Notes under the pieces: generated by a model | Seen by the model: only the letters and a program-made list of their open reading frames with translations | What the model was told of the DNA's origin: nothing | Databases searched by the model: none | Program-made: the position numbers and the translations under genes | IMG/VR virus record: IMGVR_UViG_3300028827_000100 | Coordinates: 41,879-105,878 of that record | DNA length: 64,000 bases | Direction: 5' to 3' (one strand) | Origin: a virus | In this document: piece by piece, positions 20,380-31,676 of the stretch | How positions within the stretch are numbered: position 1 is the stretch's first letter | Layout: every line of letters starts with the position of its first letter

Positions 20380-21067
20380 TTACACTGGCAATTGGCGAAT
20401 AGGTAAGGTGTATAAAAACGAAAGCGGAGAGGTAGTGTCAAAAGAAAATATAGATGTTTATATAAATCCGGTGAGTGTTGTGCCTGAACTTGTACAGAGA
20501 GTAAATTATACGGATACGGTTGGTGGTACAGCAATATCTGCATGGTCATATGACCCACTTGCTAATTACAGTGGGTATAGCAGGTTTTCTTTCAGGATTG
20601 CAGGTGTTGCAATATCATATACTGTCAGAGGGAATGTGGTAAATACAAGCCCAAGTCATCAAACGGTAATGGCTTCGGCGATAGCAAACAATTTCAACAT
20701 CACGATAGGTAACAGGAATGAGCTTGAAGCATCACGTGCAAATGAAGATGCGAAGGCCGGAGTTTTTAAGGATATAAAGAGAAACGCCATAGACCTGTTT
20801 ACATTTTTCAACGCAAAATTTGTTGATGTTATAGATGGTGAGACAGTTTATGCTGAATGGGAAATAGACATTTCGACACCGTTAATGAGCCCGGTTGATT
20901 TTGACAACAGAAAGGAATACTTGAGTGTCGTTGGCATTGTGACAACGCCATTCACTCTCAACGAAGATGCTGGACGTCCATATATGCCAACATGGAGTGT
21001 TGGGTTTACAGTCTTTGATGAGGATGTTGAGAGTGTCATGAATCATATAAAATCGTTTTCGAGGTAA
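20366..21067 (+). CDS. Putative baseplate/tube initiator protein
   Basis: After the tape measure gene; YINPVSV and FTLNEDAGRPY motifs. Confidence 0.55.
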   Translation: MADVNYTGNWRIGKVYKNESGEVVSKENIDVYINPVSVVPELVQRVNYTDTVGGTAISAWSYDPLANYSGYSRFSFRIAGVAISYTVRGNVVNTSPSHQTVMASAIANNFNITIGNRNELEASRANEDAKAGVFKDIKRNAIDLFTFFNAKFVDVIDGETVYAEWEIDISTPLMSPVDFDNRKEYLSVVGIVTTPFTLNEDAGRPYMPTWSVGFTVFDEDVESVMNHIKSFSR

Positions 21068-21071
21068 TTGT

Positions 21072-22679
21072 ATGTACAGACAATCTTATTCGTACAAATT
21101 GCTGATAAATGGTATTGAGATACCGCACAACATGATTAGTGATTTTGATATTTCATACAACGTTGTTCCAGAGTTGTCAATATGTAATATAGGGTTGATA
21201 GATTCAAAAAAAGAACTGGTATATAATCCTAATAGGGTTTCAAAGAGCAATTTAACAAGGCTTATTGAAAATGCCGCCCTGAAAAGAGGTGTAAGGCTTG
21301 AATACATGAAGCCTTATTTCAAGGATAACGACGTTGTTACTCTTTTCATAAAAGTTGGTAACGAATGGCATTGGGGTTTCTTTGGATATGTCAGTTCTGT
21401 CTCGCTGGGGATAGGTGTTGCAGGTGAAGCTCCGATAACATTACATGCAGAAAGTTCACTGAAACCGTTTAGATACAATTACATATCTTTTAATTCATTG
21501 CTTGTACCGTCTGAATTGAAAGAAAAAGATTTGGAGGGCTTGTATACAGCATACTATTCCCCTTTTGACGGGATTGATACACACGGAAAAGATATTTACG
21601 AACAGGTTAAATTTATTTTTGACAACAGCAGATACAGGGCGAGTGAAGTAGTTGTCGGTGATGGGTCGTTTTCTGATATGACAGAGATTGTTATAGGTAG
21701 CCCTGAAGACATGATAGGCATTTTTGATTCTTTTAAGAGTATTACAAGAATTGGGAGTGATGCAGACCTTGAACAGTATATAAGTTCCGTTATTAAATCA
21801 GAAGGATGGGGAACTGAAACATTATATCCGCAAAGACAGATATACATGATAAAGATAGATACAGACAAAAGCAAAACATGGAAAACATTGACCGCAAACG
21901 TTGAGTTTAGTGCTCCATCGCTGTCGCAACCTGCAATAAATAACAAACTTGATTATTTGCATCAATGCGTATCCAATTGGACTTATATCGTTTATACACT
22001 TCAAAACGGGGACGTTGTTATAGAGCCGTTGTTGTTTGGAACAATTGCAGGTTATACTGTACTTGATTCAAAGAGGGTTGGCAGTAATTCTACATATACT
22101 TTTAATGGTACATCTATTGCCACCGCTTCGATGACGACAATAGATGTTATTTCCGGGATTGAAAATACAGAACTTACACAAGTTCCAAAAAGAACGAAGT
22201 TGTTGCCGGACGAAGCCATAAGATTGTATGGGTTGAGGTTCACACGTCCTGATGTATGGCGTGGAAAAATATCCCCATCGATAGCCGACATATACAACCT
22301 GTATCTTCTGAACAGGGCATGGATAAATGCAAAGACGGCTTCTGTTTCTGCAATGTATGAGGGTAATGACAATTATATAAACAGGCCAGTGCTCGTTGAA
22401 CCGTTTGATGCTGTTTTTCTGAATAAATCCATGAGGTTGAGCTGGAGTGGTGGAACAGGGGTTCTTGCTAATTACAATCTTGATTTTGGCATGGTGTACG
22501 ATCCTGAAGAAAAAACATATTTGCCTGAATACAGAATTGGAGATAGCAGAGCGATTTCAAACCTCGGTTTTATTTTTGGGATTGTAGACGAAATAGAAAA
22601 AAATAAAAATTTGCAAAGTGTAGGTGGCAGGGAAATGAATGAGATGATTTCATCTGTGTTAGAGGAGACTGCAACATGA
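21072..22679 (+). CDS. Putative baseplate hub protein
   Basis: Before the spike gene; NGDVVIEP, RLYGLRF motifs. Confidence 0.6.
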   Translation: MYRQSYSYKLLINGIEIPHNMISDFDISYNVVPELSICNIGLIDSKKELVYNPNRVSKSNLTRLIENAALKRGVRLEYMKPYFKDNDVVTLFIKVGNEWHWGFFGYVSSVSLGIGVAGEAPITLHAESSLKPFRYNYISFNSLLVPSELKEKDLEGLYTAYYSPFDGIDTHGKDIYEQVKFIFDNSRYRASEVVVGDGSFSDMTEIVIGSPEDMIGIFDSFKSITRIGSDADLEQYISSVIKSEGWGTETLYPQRQIYMIKIDTDKSKTWKTLTANVEFSAPSLSQPAINNKLDYLHQCVSNWTYIVYTLQNGDVVIEPLLFGTIAGYTVLDSKRVGSNSTYTFNGTSIATASMTTIDVISGIENTELTQVPKRTKLLPDEAIRLYGLRFTRPDVWRGKISPSIADIYNLYLLNRAWINAKTASVSAMYEGNDNYINRPVLVEPFDAVFLNKSMRLSWSGGTGVLANYNLDFGMVYDPEEKTYLPEYRIGDSRAISNLGFIFGIVDEIEKNKNLQSVGGREMNEMISSVLEETAT

Positions 22680-23938
22680 AAGAGTGGTCGCTTGCTGATA
22701 TACCAAGAGGCATAGATAAATCGAGAATATTTACCGGGGTTGTAAGCAATGTAAATTCTGCATCCATGTTGATGGATGTCGAGATAGTTGAAATTCAAAT
22801 GAGGGTTAGAGATATTGCCATACCCCCGTTGTACATATCAAACAGTCAGAAGTCCGGGGTGGTGGCAGTACCAAGAGTTGGCGATTCCGTCCTTCTTGCA
22901 CTGAAACAGTCGGAATGGGTTGTCATAGGTTACAACATTGCGAAATACAGGGATGATACGAATACTGTAAGAACTGCATGGCAGGATATAGTAGACAAAA
23001 GCGGGAATGGGATACCGGCTTTTGAATTGACGGAAGGAGACTTTGGCATTTTCGTTCACGAGAACGACAAGGCTGTGGATATGCTCCTGTTAAAAGATGG
23101 GAAGTTTATTTTGAGTTCTGGTCTTGCGTACATGGTGGTCGATCAACAGGATTCAAGTTTCAGGTATATGTTTGACTATATGTCAAAGACTGTTGCTGGA
23201 GGGATTGCAACTCTTGAATGCGGATTCCCCTCCATTGACAACAACGGAAAGAAAAAGTATATTGTGTATGACCACTTTTTCGGATACAGAAGTGCAAATG
23301 AGGATTTTGAAATAGGTTATGTGAACGACAACGGCATTCCTGCAAAAACTAAATCGGGTGGCAATGTAAGAGCAAGAATAAAAGTTGGGAATGCGGTTAT
23401 CACTATTGGAGATGACAATTCAATAGAAATTAAAACTACATCAAAAGTTTTCATAGATTCGTCTGAAGCAAATGTAGATGTTGGTACTGTCAGGGTGAAA
23501 GGGCAGAAAATGAAAATTGAAGAGAATGAGATAGATATTAATGCTGAAGACGTGAGCCTTGATACAAATGCAGTGTCTATAAATGCAGACAACATTGATA
23601 TTGAAGCGAAAAGTGCTTCATTGAATATAGATTCTCTAAAGGTAGATTCCAACGAAGTAAAGGTGGAGTCTGATTCTGTGGAAATTAGCGGAAGTAAGAC
23701 AAAGTTGACATCAAACAGTATGGAGATTGACAGCGGGAATATGAGCATGGATGTTCAGAGCATGAATGTCAATGCACAGTCTGCATCCATAGGTGGTGAT
23801 GTCCCGCTTGTTTTGAGTACAATCTTGTCTATTCTGGAATCGCACACGCACCCTTATTCGGATGGGGTTACAGGCCCATCACCATCACTTGCAGATGCAT
23901 CTTTTACATATGCTACCAAAATTGTAAAAGGAAGCTGA
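22676..23938 (+). CDS. Baseplate central spike (gpV/gp5-like)
   Basis: N-terminal OB fold (GVVAVPRVGDSVLL), long ~7-residue beta-helix repeats, C-terminal HTH (ESHTHPY) metal-binding apex. Confidence 0.8.
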   Translation: MKEWSLADIPRGIDKSRIFTGVVSNVNSASMLMDVEIVEIQMRVRDIAIPPLYISNSQKSGVVAVPRVGDSVLLALKQSEWVVIGYNIAKYRDDTNTVRTAWQDIVDKSGNGIPAFELTEGDFGIFVHENDKAVDMLLLKDGKFILSSGLAYMVVDQQDSSFRYMFDYMSKTVAGGIATLECGFPSIDNNGKKKYIVYDHFFGYRSANEDFEIGYVNDNGIPAKTKSGGNVRARIKVGNAVITIGDDNSIEIKTTSKVFIDSSEANVDVGTVRVKGQKMKIEENEIDINAEDVSLDTNAVSINADNIDIEAKSASLNIDSLKVDSNEVKVESDSVEISGSKTKLTSNSMEIDSGNMSMDVQSMNVNAQSASIGGDVPLVLSTILSILESHTHPYSDGVTGPSPSLADASFTYATKIVKGS

Positions 23939-23939
23939 T

Positions 23940-25433
23940 ATGGCTATAGGTGATAAGGACTATCTTCGTAAGCAACTTGGCTTTTATGATTGGGATGATG
24001 TTGCACAGTGTGCGTGCGAACTTGTTAAAAGATACGGAGTTGCAGATGTAAGAAATATTCTCGAAAAACTGAAAAGCCTTTCTGAAATAAATGCTGATTT
24101 GCAGGAATACATAAGTGATGTGATAGCAAGGATTGACAGTATCATATCACTTGCAGACAGCATATTGAATTTGAATCCTCTTGAAAGATTGATATATAGA
24201 GAATTGTCAAAACTGAAAGTGTGCCCGCTTGTGGACAATCTTATATATGACATTCTCGGTGATATAAATATACTCAAAAATATACAGCTTGGGGAGTGGT
24301 TTGGGAACAGGGCCGGAGCCATTATAGGTGCTTTGAACACCACAAATCAGGTTTTAAGTGAATCACAGGAGAAACTTTTAAGATTTGCAGAGCTTATAAA
24401 AGTGATGGATGCCTGTTCTACGGAATCCATACCTGAAAGCAAAAACTATGAAGATGTTTTGCTTGGACATCATGTTGTAGTGCCACCGAACATAGAAAAG
24501 AGTGAAGAACATTATGACATACCCCCGATGGGTACGGTGGCGAACGTTAACGGGGAAACGTGGTATGCCTTCGAGAAGGACGGTTTTGTAAAAGTAGCAA
24601 GAAAGATAAATAGTGTGTGGCAATCTCCGGTAGATGTCACTGAAGGATATTATCCCAAAATATTTTTTGATGGCACGAGGGTGAATATATACTTTTCAAA
24701 GAATTATAAAATTGGTCTTGTGTCAATGTTACCGCACGAATTGAGTCTTATAGAAGTGCCGTTTTCTCTTTGGGATTGCTCAAAGATAACATTCAGTTTG
24801 GTAGAGAAAAATGAAAGTATTTACATTTGCGGTTTCAACAGTGAATATGGAAGGCTTTTTAGAGAGCCTTCAACATCACATTTTCAAATACAGCAATTCA
24901 AAGATGGACTCCGTGGGTTTGTGCCAGTGCCGGAATCATTCAGGGTTTTAACGGACAGACTGCAATGGCAGGGAGTGACGGTTGACACCAATTATTTTGA
25001 TGTTTCCTATAGGGTGTATGAAGATGGAAATATGCTTGCTGAATTAACATCTACTGAATATATATATGAGGCATCTTCCGGTACTGATTATTGGGTTACA
25101 GCGGTATATACGAACAAAGCAACTGGAGTTGTTACAGAGGGCTATCCGTCTAACAGAGACAGGCTTACTGGGGTTATAAGAGTAAGAAAGCAGGAAGATG
25201 TTTCATACAGTCAGCAAATTATTGAAAGACACGATTGGTATAAATACTTTTATGATGTTGTATATGTCAATGATGATGTAAACTCGCACGGTTATGTTGA
25301 AACGGAAAATTTCAAGACAGTGAAGTATTCTCCTTATATTGCGGATTCAACATTGGACAATTATTCTGGAAATACATTTGCCATTTCTGCGAAATATGAA
25401 GAAAACAAAAGATGGCCGTCACAACTAAATTAG
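23940..25433 (+). CDS. Putative baseplate/tail protein (helical N-terminus, beta-rich/FN3-like C-terminus)
   Basis: Position; SYRVYEDG..YWVTAVY..EG resembles FN3. Confidence 0.45.
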   Translation: MAIGDKDYLRKQLGFYDWDDVAQCACELVKRYGVADVRNILEKLKSLSEINADLQEYISDVIARIDSIISLADSILNLNPLERLIYRELSKLKVCPLVDNLIYDILGDINILKNIQLGEWFGNRAGAIIGALNTTNQVLSESQEKLLRFAELIKVMDACSTESIPESKNYEDVLLGHHVVVPPNIEKSEEHYDIPPMGTVANVNGETWYAFEKDGFVKVARKINSVWQSPVDVTEGYYPKIFFDGTRVNIYFSKNYKIGLVSMLPHELSLIEVPFSLWDCSKITFSLVEKNESIYICGFNSEYGRLFREPSTSHFQIQQFKDGLRGFVPVPESFRVLTDRLQWQGVTVDTNYFDVSYRVYEDGNMLAELTSTEYIYEASSGTDYWVTAVYTNKATGVVTEGYPSNRDRLTGVIRVRKQEDVSYSQQIIERHDWYKYFYDVVYVNDDVNSHGYVETENFKTVKYSPYIADSTLDNYSGNTFAISAKYEENKRWPSQLN

Positions 25434-25444
25434 AGGAGGATAAA

Positions 25445-28400
25445 ATGTTTCAGCTTGTAGACACCATTCCTTTCAGAATAAAAGGCGAGGTTCTTGTAGA
25501 AGTTGAGAGAAACGGCATTCTTGTTGATACAAGAAAACAAAACAACCTGTGGCTTGACCGTGGAACAAGAGATATAATTCTTGGTAATGAGCCTTCAAAG
25601 ATTTTTGTAAGTGATTCAACGGTACAACCGCAGTATACGGATACAGAAGTTCCGGCTGGAACACAAAATGCTTTTGGTAATGCAACAAGGACATATCAGC
25701 AATCAGTGAATGGTGTTGTTGTGAACAGGCACGAGTTTTATACGCAAATAGCACCTCCAACATCCGGGACGAGAACTATAAATACTATAGGTTTAACACG
25801 TGGTGGAAGCGGTGTTGAAAACACACTTGCTTTTGCATACCTTGTGCTGACAGCGCCAATTGTACAGACTACACTTGATACACTCCACATATATTACTAT
25901 GTATATATTTTACAGCCGAATATACAGGGAATAGGACATAGCGGGTGGAATGATTTTGCAGAATCATTTTTCGGATATAAAAATTACAGTTTGTATGTAA
26001 GCAGACAGCTTTTTTATGGTGCACCGAAGAACGACATGAAATGGGACGGTTATGCTTTTTCCCAAACTGATTCGAGATATATATATAACACTGAAGTTAT
26101 AGATGAGAACAAGTACAAGGTATATTTTCTTACAAATTTTGGTTCATCGTCAGATTTGTCTTCTTACGTTGGTCACTTGGCGGCATTTTCTGTTGTGAGA
26201 AGCTCTTATTACTACCTTGTTAAAAATATAATAGAGGATGGATATGTTGGCAGGTTTTGGCCTAAAAGGAATACATCCACAGAGCCATTTTTCGATTCGG
26301 GATCTTCACAGCTTCCGCAGGGGTGGAGTAAGGGTGCTGAAATAAGAGCTACAAATCCATTCGCACCGGAGTATCTTGGTATTTTTTACAAGGTGAATAT
26401 AGTTACAACCGGAGATGTCGGCGCATCTGAATATTATGTGGATGTTCTTGCCCCTTATTATCCGTCTACTGGATGGGGGCATATGATGCTGTTTGATTTT
26501 GTAAACAAGGGAGGGTCTTCTTACGTTATAAGAAGTGGAATTATAAGCAAGCTCGGAAGGGATTTTATTATTACATCGTACATAAATAACACAACCGGGG
26601 AATACTACACAACAATTAGTGATTTGAATGGTGGCGGTTATGTTGATATAATTGGTGATGATACAGCGAGCTGTAAGATATGGATACATGGTGGTGGGAC
26701 TTCCGATTTGTTTTTCTATGACCAGAAAAACAGGGATAAGTTTTTCAAAGTAACATTTAACGACCCTGTTAATGTATTTGACAATTCGCTAACAGAATAT
26801 ACGTCTGCAAGAGACATCTTTCATGCAGAGGGGGATTCTTCAAAAATATACCTGTGGCATCATCACGACGGAGTTGTTGGCGTGTTTGATGTTGCTACCG
26901 GGGTTATTTCAGATACGTGGATAGACCGCACGTCTTTTTTGCTTGATTACACAACTGTTGGTGATGACATGATATGGGAATGGGGTTTGTATGATTCTGT
27001 TAACAGTAGAATACTTATAGGTGTCAACAAGTCCGTTTTTGTTTATCCTGTAGATGGTGTGACGGAGTTGAATGGTTTTACCGGAGTGGCCGATTTCAAC
27101 TCTACTACAATAAAAAATTGGTCTGCCATAATTGTGAAAGACGGAACTCTTGCCCACAATGCTGGAAATCTTGAATTTGGACTTTCACATGGTAAGCCTG
27201 TTTCTGGAACAAACAATGGTCTCGGAACTTTGATGTTGCAGAGAGTTTCACCGGGGGCTTTCGATGTTGTTGTAAAAATATCCAGTTTTTCACCTACTGA
27301 TTCAAATCAGAGAATGGGAATGATAGTATGTGGTTCACATGACAATATAGATACGCAAAAAAGAATAGAAAGAGGGGGAGGCAATATCATAGAGGCTTAT
27401 ACGGACGACGTCCTTGACAGTGGTGGAAGCGCAAGTTATTCCAAGACAGACGTATGGTTTAGGATAGAAAGGGATGCCTCGAATAACGTTAGTGTATATT
27501 ATGCTGACCCGTCTGTAGGCACGTGGAATCAACTTGGTGTTACAACGGTTATGTCGGGAGAGGTGTATGTTGGTTTAACTGGGCACACAAGAGATAATGG
27601 GGCAACTTCTCTTATACAGGCTACCGTGTCTGATTTTTATTTTAATACGGGAACGGTTGACAAGAGGCAACAGTCTGTATATATTGACAACACCATACTT
27701 GCGGCTACAGCACAAAGCGGTATTGTAAAACTTTACAATGGGATATATCATATTATAACAGATGTTGGTGTCGTTGCTGTGAATGCAAATTCTTTTGACA
27801 AGGTAAAAGATTACAAGTTATACAGAAACACAGACAGCAATGGAAAATATGGATACTTCATAGAAAACTATTACAATGGAAAATATTTTGGTGTTGCCAA
27901 GGTGTCGTTGCTCTATCAGAATTATTCAAACAAGTGGGATTACGATTCAAGATTTGCCAACACTTATGAAGTTCAATTGTATGAACCGCTTGTTGATGAG
28001 TATATGTGGGTTGGTGGATTTGAAAGTTACAAGCAGGTATTGACTATGATAGGTTTAAACCTGATAAAAAATTATCAGAGTTCTACTCCACATTCGTATG
28101 CCGATGGGCAATTGCGGTTTGAATACGTTGGTGGTTCGTGGGTATTGACTGATTCTGATAATGCATCTCCCACGCCAAAGGTTACTCATTCTGCATGGGA
28201 AGCACTACCTTCTGGAAGCGAAGAAATTAGGTTTCTTGACGGCCCTACACCGGGGCAGTCTCATGTTGATGGTGATATGTATACTTCGTGGTGTGTTTCC
28301 AAGGGGTTGATAAAAGACAATCAGGAGTATATAACAAATATAGGCATGGGAGTTTATTTTTCGGATGCACAGAGAGCTAACGAAACATATACGAATATTG

Positions 28401-29326
28401 GAACTGTTGTTGATATGGAAAGTAAATTAAACAATCCAGCTACATGGCTTATAGCTGATTTTGATTATGATTACGATATAAGAATCAGAAATGCAGATGG
28501 AACGCCGTCATGCTACTATAACGTTGTATCCATGTGCAATGTAAGTTCTGTAAGCAGTAATTCAGAGTTCAGTTCTGATACGGCAGATTTGTATTTTGCA
28601 TATAATTTTTACAAAAGATTGTATGTGAAGTTTGTTACTGGAGCAAATGCAGGAGTTGAGCCTAAACAGATATTGGAGTATGATGGATACAACAAAAAAA
28701 TTATTACTGATACATGGCCCAATGCAATATCTATAGGTGACAAGTTTGATATAGTGGATGAAGGTTCTGCTACAAAGGTTGCAACGCTTGCACAGAATAT
28801 AGTCCCTACTATGACAGGGTATACGACCCCTGAAGGTGTTGCGAGTGCAAGTAGCGACAGGGCAAACGGCGAGGCTTGGAGGGCTTTCGGGAGTGGTGAT
28901 TGGATAACAGCCGACGGGGATGTTACAGGCTGGATTGAATATGAATTTACACAGCACCGTGTAATAAGAAAATATGCTATAACAGCCCCAAGTGACTTTA
29001 CCCTGTCGCCGAAGTCGTGGACATTTGAGGGATGGGATGGAAATTCGTGGCAAGTTCTTGATACACAGAGTAATATTGTTTTTTCAGCCGGGGAAAGAAA
29101 GGTATTTATAGTGAATACGGCACTTGACAAATTTTCTTATCTTAAATTCAGGTTGAATATAACGGCGAATAACGGAAATGCAAACAACCTTTCAGTAACG
29201 CTTTTTGAGATGATGAGCGCAAATGAGTTTTCGGTTGATGATGTGAATGGGCAGTTGTTTTTTGACGATATGAACACCGGAAGAAATCTCTTGGCTGAAT
29301 ACATATATGTTTTGAGGTCGTGGTAA
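25445..29326 (+). CDS. Large tail fibre/receptor-binding protein with ConA-like and F5/8 type C (discoidin) domains
   Basis: AGAGGAGG RBS favours ATG 25445; VWFRIERD..VYVGL lectin-like segment; SPKSWTFEGWDGNSWQVLD..FRLNIT discoidin segment. Confidence 0.7.
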   Translation: MFQLVDTIPFRIKGEVLVEVERNGILVDTRKQNNLWLDRGTRDIILGNEPSKIFVSDSTVQPQYTDTEVPAGTQNAFGNATRTYQQSVNGVVVNRHEFYTQIAPPTSGTRTINTIGLTRGGSGVENTLAFAYLVLTAPIVQTTLDTLHIYYYVYILQPNIQGIGHSGWNDFAESFFGYKNYSLYVSRQLFYGAPKNDMKWDGYAFSQTDSRYIYNTEVIDENKYKVYFLTNFGSSSDLSSYVGHLAAFSVVRSSYYYLVKNIIEDGYVGRFWPKRNTSTEPFFDSGSSQLPQGWSKGAEIRATNPFAPEYLGIFYKVNIVTTGDVGASEYYVDVLAPYYPSTGWGHMMLFDFVNKGGSSYVIRSGIISKLGRDFIITSYINNTTGEYYTTISDLNGGGYVDIIGDDTASCKIWIHGGGTSDLFFYDQKNRDKFFKVTFNDPVNVFDNSLTEYTSARDIFHAEGDSSKIYLWHHHDGVVGVFDVATGVISDTWIDRTSFLLDYTTVGDDMIWEWGLYDSVNSRILIGVNKSVFVYPVDGVTELNGFTGVADFNSTTIKNWSAIIVKDGTLAHNAGNLEFGLSHGKPVSGTNNGLGTLMLQRVSPGAFDVVVKISSFSPTDSNQRMGMIVCGSHDNIDTQKRIERGGGNIIEAYTDDVLDSGGSASYSKTDVWFRIERDASNNVSVYYADPSVGTWNQLGVTTVMSGEVYVGLTGHTRDNGATSLIQATVSDFYFNTGTVDKRQQSVYIDNTILAATAQSGIVKLYNGIYHIITDVGVVAVNANSFDKVKDYKLYRNTDSNGKYGYFIENYYNGKYFGVAKVSLLYQNYSNKWDYDSRFANTYEVQLYEPLVDEYMWVGGFESYKQVLTMIGLNLIKNYQSSTPHSYADGQLRFEYVGGSWVLTDSDNASPTPKVTHSAWEALPSGSEEIRFLDGPTPGQSHVDGDMYTSWCVSKGLIKDNQEYITNIGMGVYFSDAQRANETYTNIGTVVDMESKLNNPATWLIADFDYDYDIRIRNADGTPSCYYNVVSMCNVSSVSSNSEFSSDTADLYFAYNFYKRLYVKFVTGANAGVEPKQILEYDGYNKKIITDTWPNAISIGDKFDIVDEGSATKVATLAQNIVPTMTGYTTPEGVASASSDRANGEAWRAFGSGDWITADGDVTGWIEYEFTQHRVIRKYAITAPSDFTLSPKSWTFEGWDGNSWQVLDTQSNIVFSAGERKVFIVNTALDKFSYLKFRLNITANNGNANNLSVTLFEMMSANEFSVDDVNGQLFFDDMNTGRNLLAEYIYVLRSW

Positions 29327-29929
29327 ATGGCTATATATCAGAAGAGAATATCTTGTGCAAATTTTACAAAAGATATTGGCGATAGCAGTTCAAATCAGCA
29401 AGCACTTTTCTGGATAGCAAATAAGGGTACAAGCTGGTTTTTAACTGCAAGATTGCTGTACAAAGAAGATATAAGTGAAGAAGAAAAGTTGAGAGAGATT
29501 CAACTGTTAAATCTTGGAAGTGGAACGTATGGCGGGATTTTTGTTTTTGGAAGCAGGTACAGCAATTGGAATATTGTATATTCTTTCAACAATGAAATAA
29601 ACATAATAAGATATAATCAGGATTTGACAAAAATTTTATTTTTTAATTCGGTAACCTATGGTACGTATCCGATTGTTTTTCATCTTGAGAGTGTTGATAA
29701 TTACATGATAACATTTTTTGATGCCGGGGCATATAAAGCCGTGTTTACAGGCGACTGGTTGAATTTTAGCAGGGCAGTTTCACTTTTTGACATTGAGTCC
29801 ATATGGGATATGTACAAAATGTATGGAACAGAAGTGACATTAAGAGACCATATAGAGGTTATGGACTATGCGAAAGAAAATTCATACGGGTATCAGGATG
29901 GATACCTGTCGCATCCTTATTCTTTTTAG
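29327..29929 (+). CDS. Hypothetical tail-associated protein
   Basis: Abuts the fibre gene; beta-rich. Confidence 0.5.
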   Translation: MAIYQKRISCANFTKDIGDSSSNQQALFWIANKGTSWFLTARLLYKEDISEEEKLREIQLLNLGSGTYGGIFVFGSRYSNWNIVYSFNNEINIIRYNQDLTKILFFNSVTYGTYPIVFHLESVDNYMITFFDAGAYKAVFTGDWLNFSRAVSLFDIESIWDMYKMYGTEVTLRDHIEVMDYAKENSYGYQDGYLSHPYSF

Positions 29930-29940
29930 GGAGGATGTAT

Positions 29941-30309
29941 ATGGAAACGTTCAAGGTGGCTAATGGCGATATTGTTATAAATGAAAATCACAGGGTTGAA
30001 ACCGTAAATGGGAGTGACAAGCTCAATCAGACCATAATGGAAATGCTGTCCATAGATACTATGGAAAATGGTTTTGGTGCTGGTTTGTCTGTTGGGGTGG
30101 AAACAACATCTGTTTCATCTCTCATAAGGGCGGCTGTAAAAAGATGGAAAACATTGCAGGACAATTCCATTTTGGCAAGGGATAGCAACGAAAAGATAGG
30201 TGGAATCAAAAGTCTAAAGGTAATAAACAGGGGTACAGACATTGTATTCGACCTTGTTGTAAGTGATGGGAGAGGGAACGCAATAAATGTGGAGGTTGTG
30301 AAACAATGA
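29941..30309 (+). CDS. Baseplate wedge protein (gp25/W-like)
   Basis: Small protein before baseplate J; NGDIVI, GFGAGL, EKIGGIKSL motifs; GGGAGG RBS. Confidence 0.7.
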   Translation: METFKVANGDIVINENHRVETVNGSDKLNQTIMEMLSIDTMENGFGAGLSVGVETTSVSSLIRAAVKRWKTLQDNSILARDSNEKIGGIKSLKVINRGTDIVFDLVVSDGRGNAINVEVVKQ

Positions 30310-31676
30310 GCACGGATAGAGAAGGATGGAAGAAGATATTACAAAATGCAATAACACAGGTTAATCCAGACATAGATGTTGAATTTGGCCCTGTGTATGA
30401 TGCTGTAATAAGACCCCTTGCATCCATTCTTGAAGTTATAGATGCAAGAGTTGACTATATTAAAAATATAGTCGATATAAACAAGTGGCCGGAGTGGACT
30501 TCTGAAGACCTCGATCAGTACGCAAGTAATTTTGGAAGGATAAGAAGGCAGGGGACAAAGGCAAACGGGACTGTGGTATTTTATGCGATAGCAAAACCTC
30601 AGGCTAATATAGAAATACCAAAAGATTTTGCAGTTGAAACGGCAGACGGAACGAAGTTTATCACAACAGACAGCATGACTGTGGACATTGCAGATGTAGA
30701 GAACTATAAAAATGCTGATACCGGCAGGTACGAGTTTGAAGTTCCTGTTGAGTCGGTTGAGTATGGTTCAGCAAACAATGTTGCATCGGGTACGATAGTC
30801 AGGCTTGGTGGTTCTATAGCTGGTATAGCCGGCTGTGTAAACAGGTATGCAATGAAGGGCGGATATGATGAACAGACGAACGAAGAACTTGTAGAAGATA
30901 TAAAACTTGTTATACAGGGAGGGCTTGGCAATTTAACAGCGAGTGCGATAAAGTTGTCAGTGTTTGATGCTTTTCCACAGGTGGTTGATATAGTTGTGGA
31001 AAGAAACAATCCTGTCATAGACGGCACCATAGATGTTTATTATATAGGTGACACTATAAGTTCAAGACAGTTTACAACGTACTGGTATGGTTTTGACATA
31101 TATCTTGACAGAGGGCCGGTGGACAGTATTGTGTCTGTAACTTCTGGCTTAACAACATTTGTTGAAGATGTTGATTTTAAATTTATACAGGATAAACAGT
31201 CTGCTTTTGCAAGAACATCAAAAGCTAAAGACAGGATTGTATGGCTTGATGGCGGTAATAAACCGTCATATGGTTCACAGGTTACTGTTGAATACAGATA
31301 CAACAGTCTTTCAGCTGAAATTGAGGAGTGGCAGTCAAACGCATACAATACTTTAATATCGGATAACATTATTTACCGTCGTGCCATTCCTGTGGATATA
31401 AAAATTGACGTGAAGGTTGTTTTGTATCGTGGCTACGGCGATTCTGTTCTATCGGATGTAAAGATGCAAATAAAATCATTTATAGACAACAAGAAAATAG
31501 GTGACAGTGTTGAAGTTGCGGACATAATAAGTTTTATTAAGAAAAATGTTCCGGGTGTTAACAACATTACAGTTAACACTCTGGCACTTGTTGACGGAGA
31601 TGGTGTAGAGGATTTAGTACCTAACAAGATGGAATATTTTGTCATTGACAATAACAACATTACAGTCAGGAGGTAA
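30306..31676 (+). CDS. Baseplate J-like wedge protein
   Basis: LDQYASNFGRIRRQGTKANGTVVF, GGYDEQTNEEL, IGDSVEVADII motifs. Confidence 0.88.
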   Translation: MSTDREGWKKILQNAITQVNPDIDVEFGPVYDAVIRPLASILEVIDARVDYIKNIVDINKWPEWTSEDLDQYASNFGRIRRQGTKANGTVVFYAIAKPQANIEIPKDFAVETADGTKFITTDSMTVDIADVENYKNADTGRYEFEVPVESVEYGSANNVASGTIVRLGGSIAGIAGCVNRYAMKGGYDEQTNEELVEDIKLVIQGGLGNLTASAIKLSVFDAFPQVVDIVVERNNPVIDGTIDVYYIGDTISSRQFTTYWYGFDIYLDRGPVDSIVSVTSGLTTFVEDVDFKFIQDKQSAFARTSKAKDRIVWLDGGNKPSYGSQVTVEYRYNSLSAEIEEWQSNAYNTLISDNIIYRRAIPVDIKIDVKVVLYRGYGDSVLSDVKMQIKSFIDNKKIGDSVEVADIISFIKKNVPGVNNITVNTLALVDGDGVEDLVPNKMEYFVIDNNNITVRR

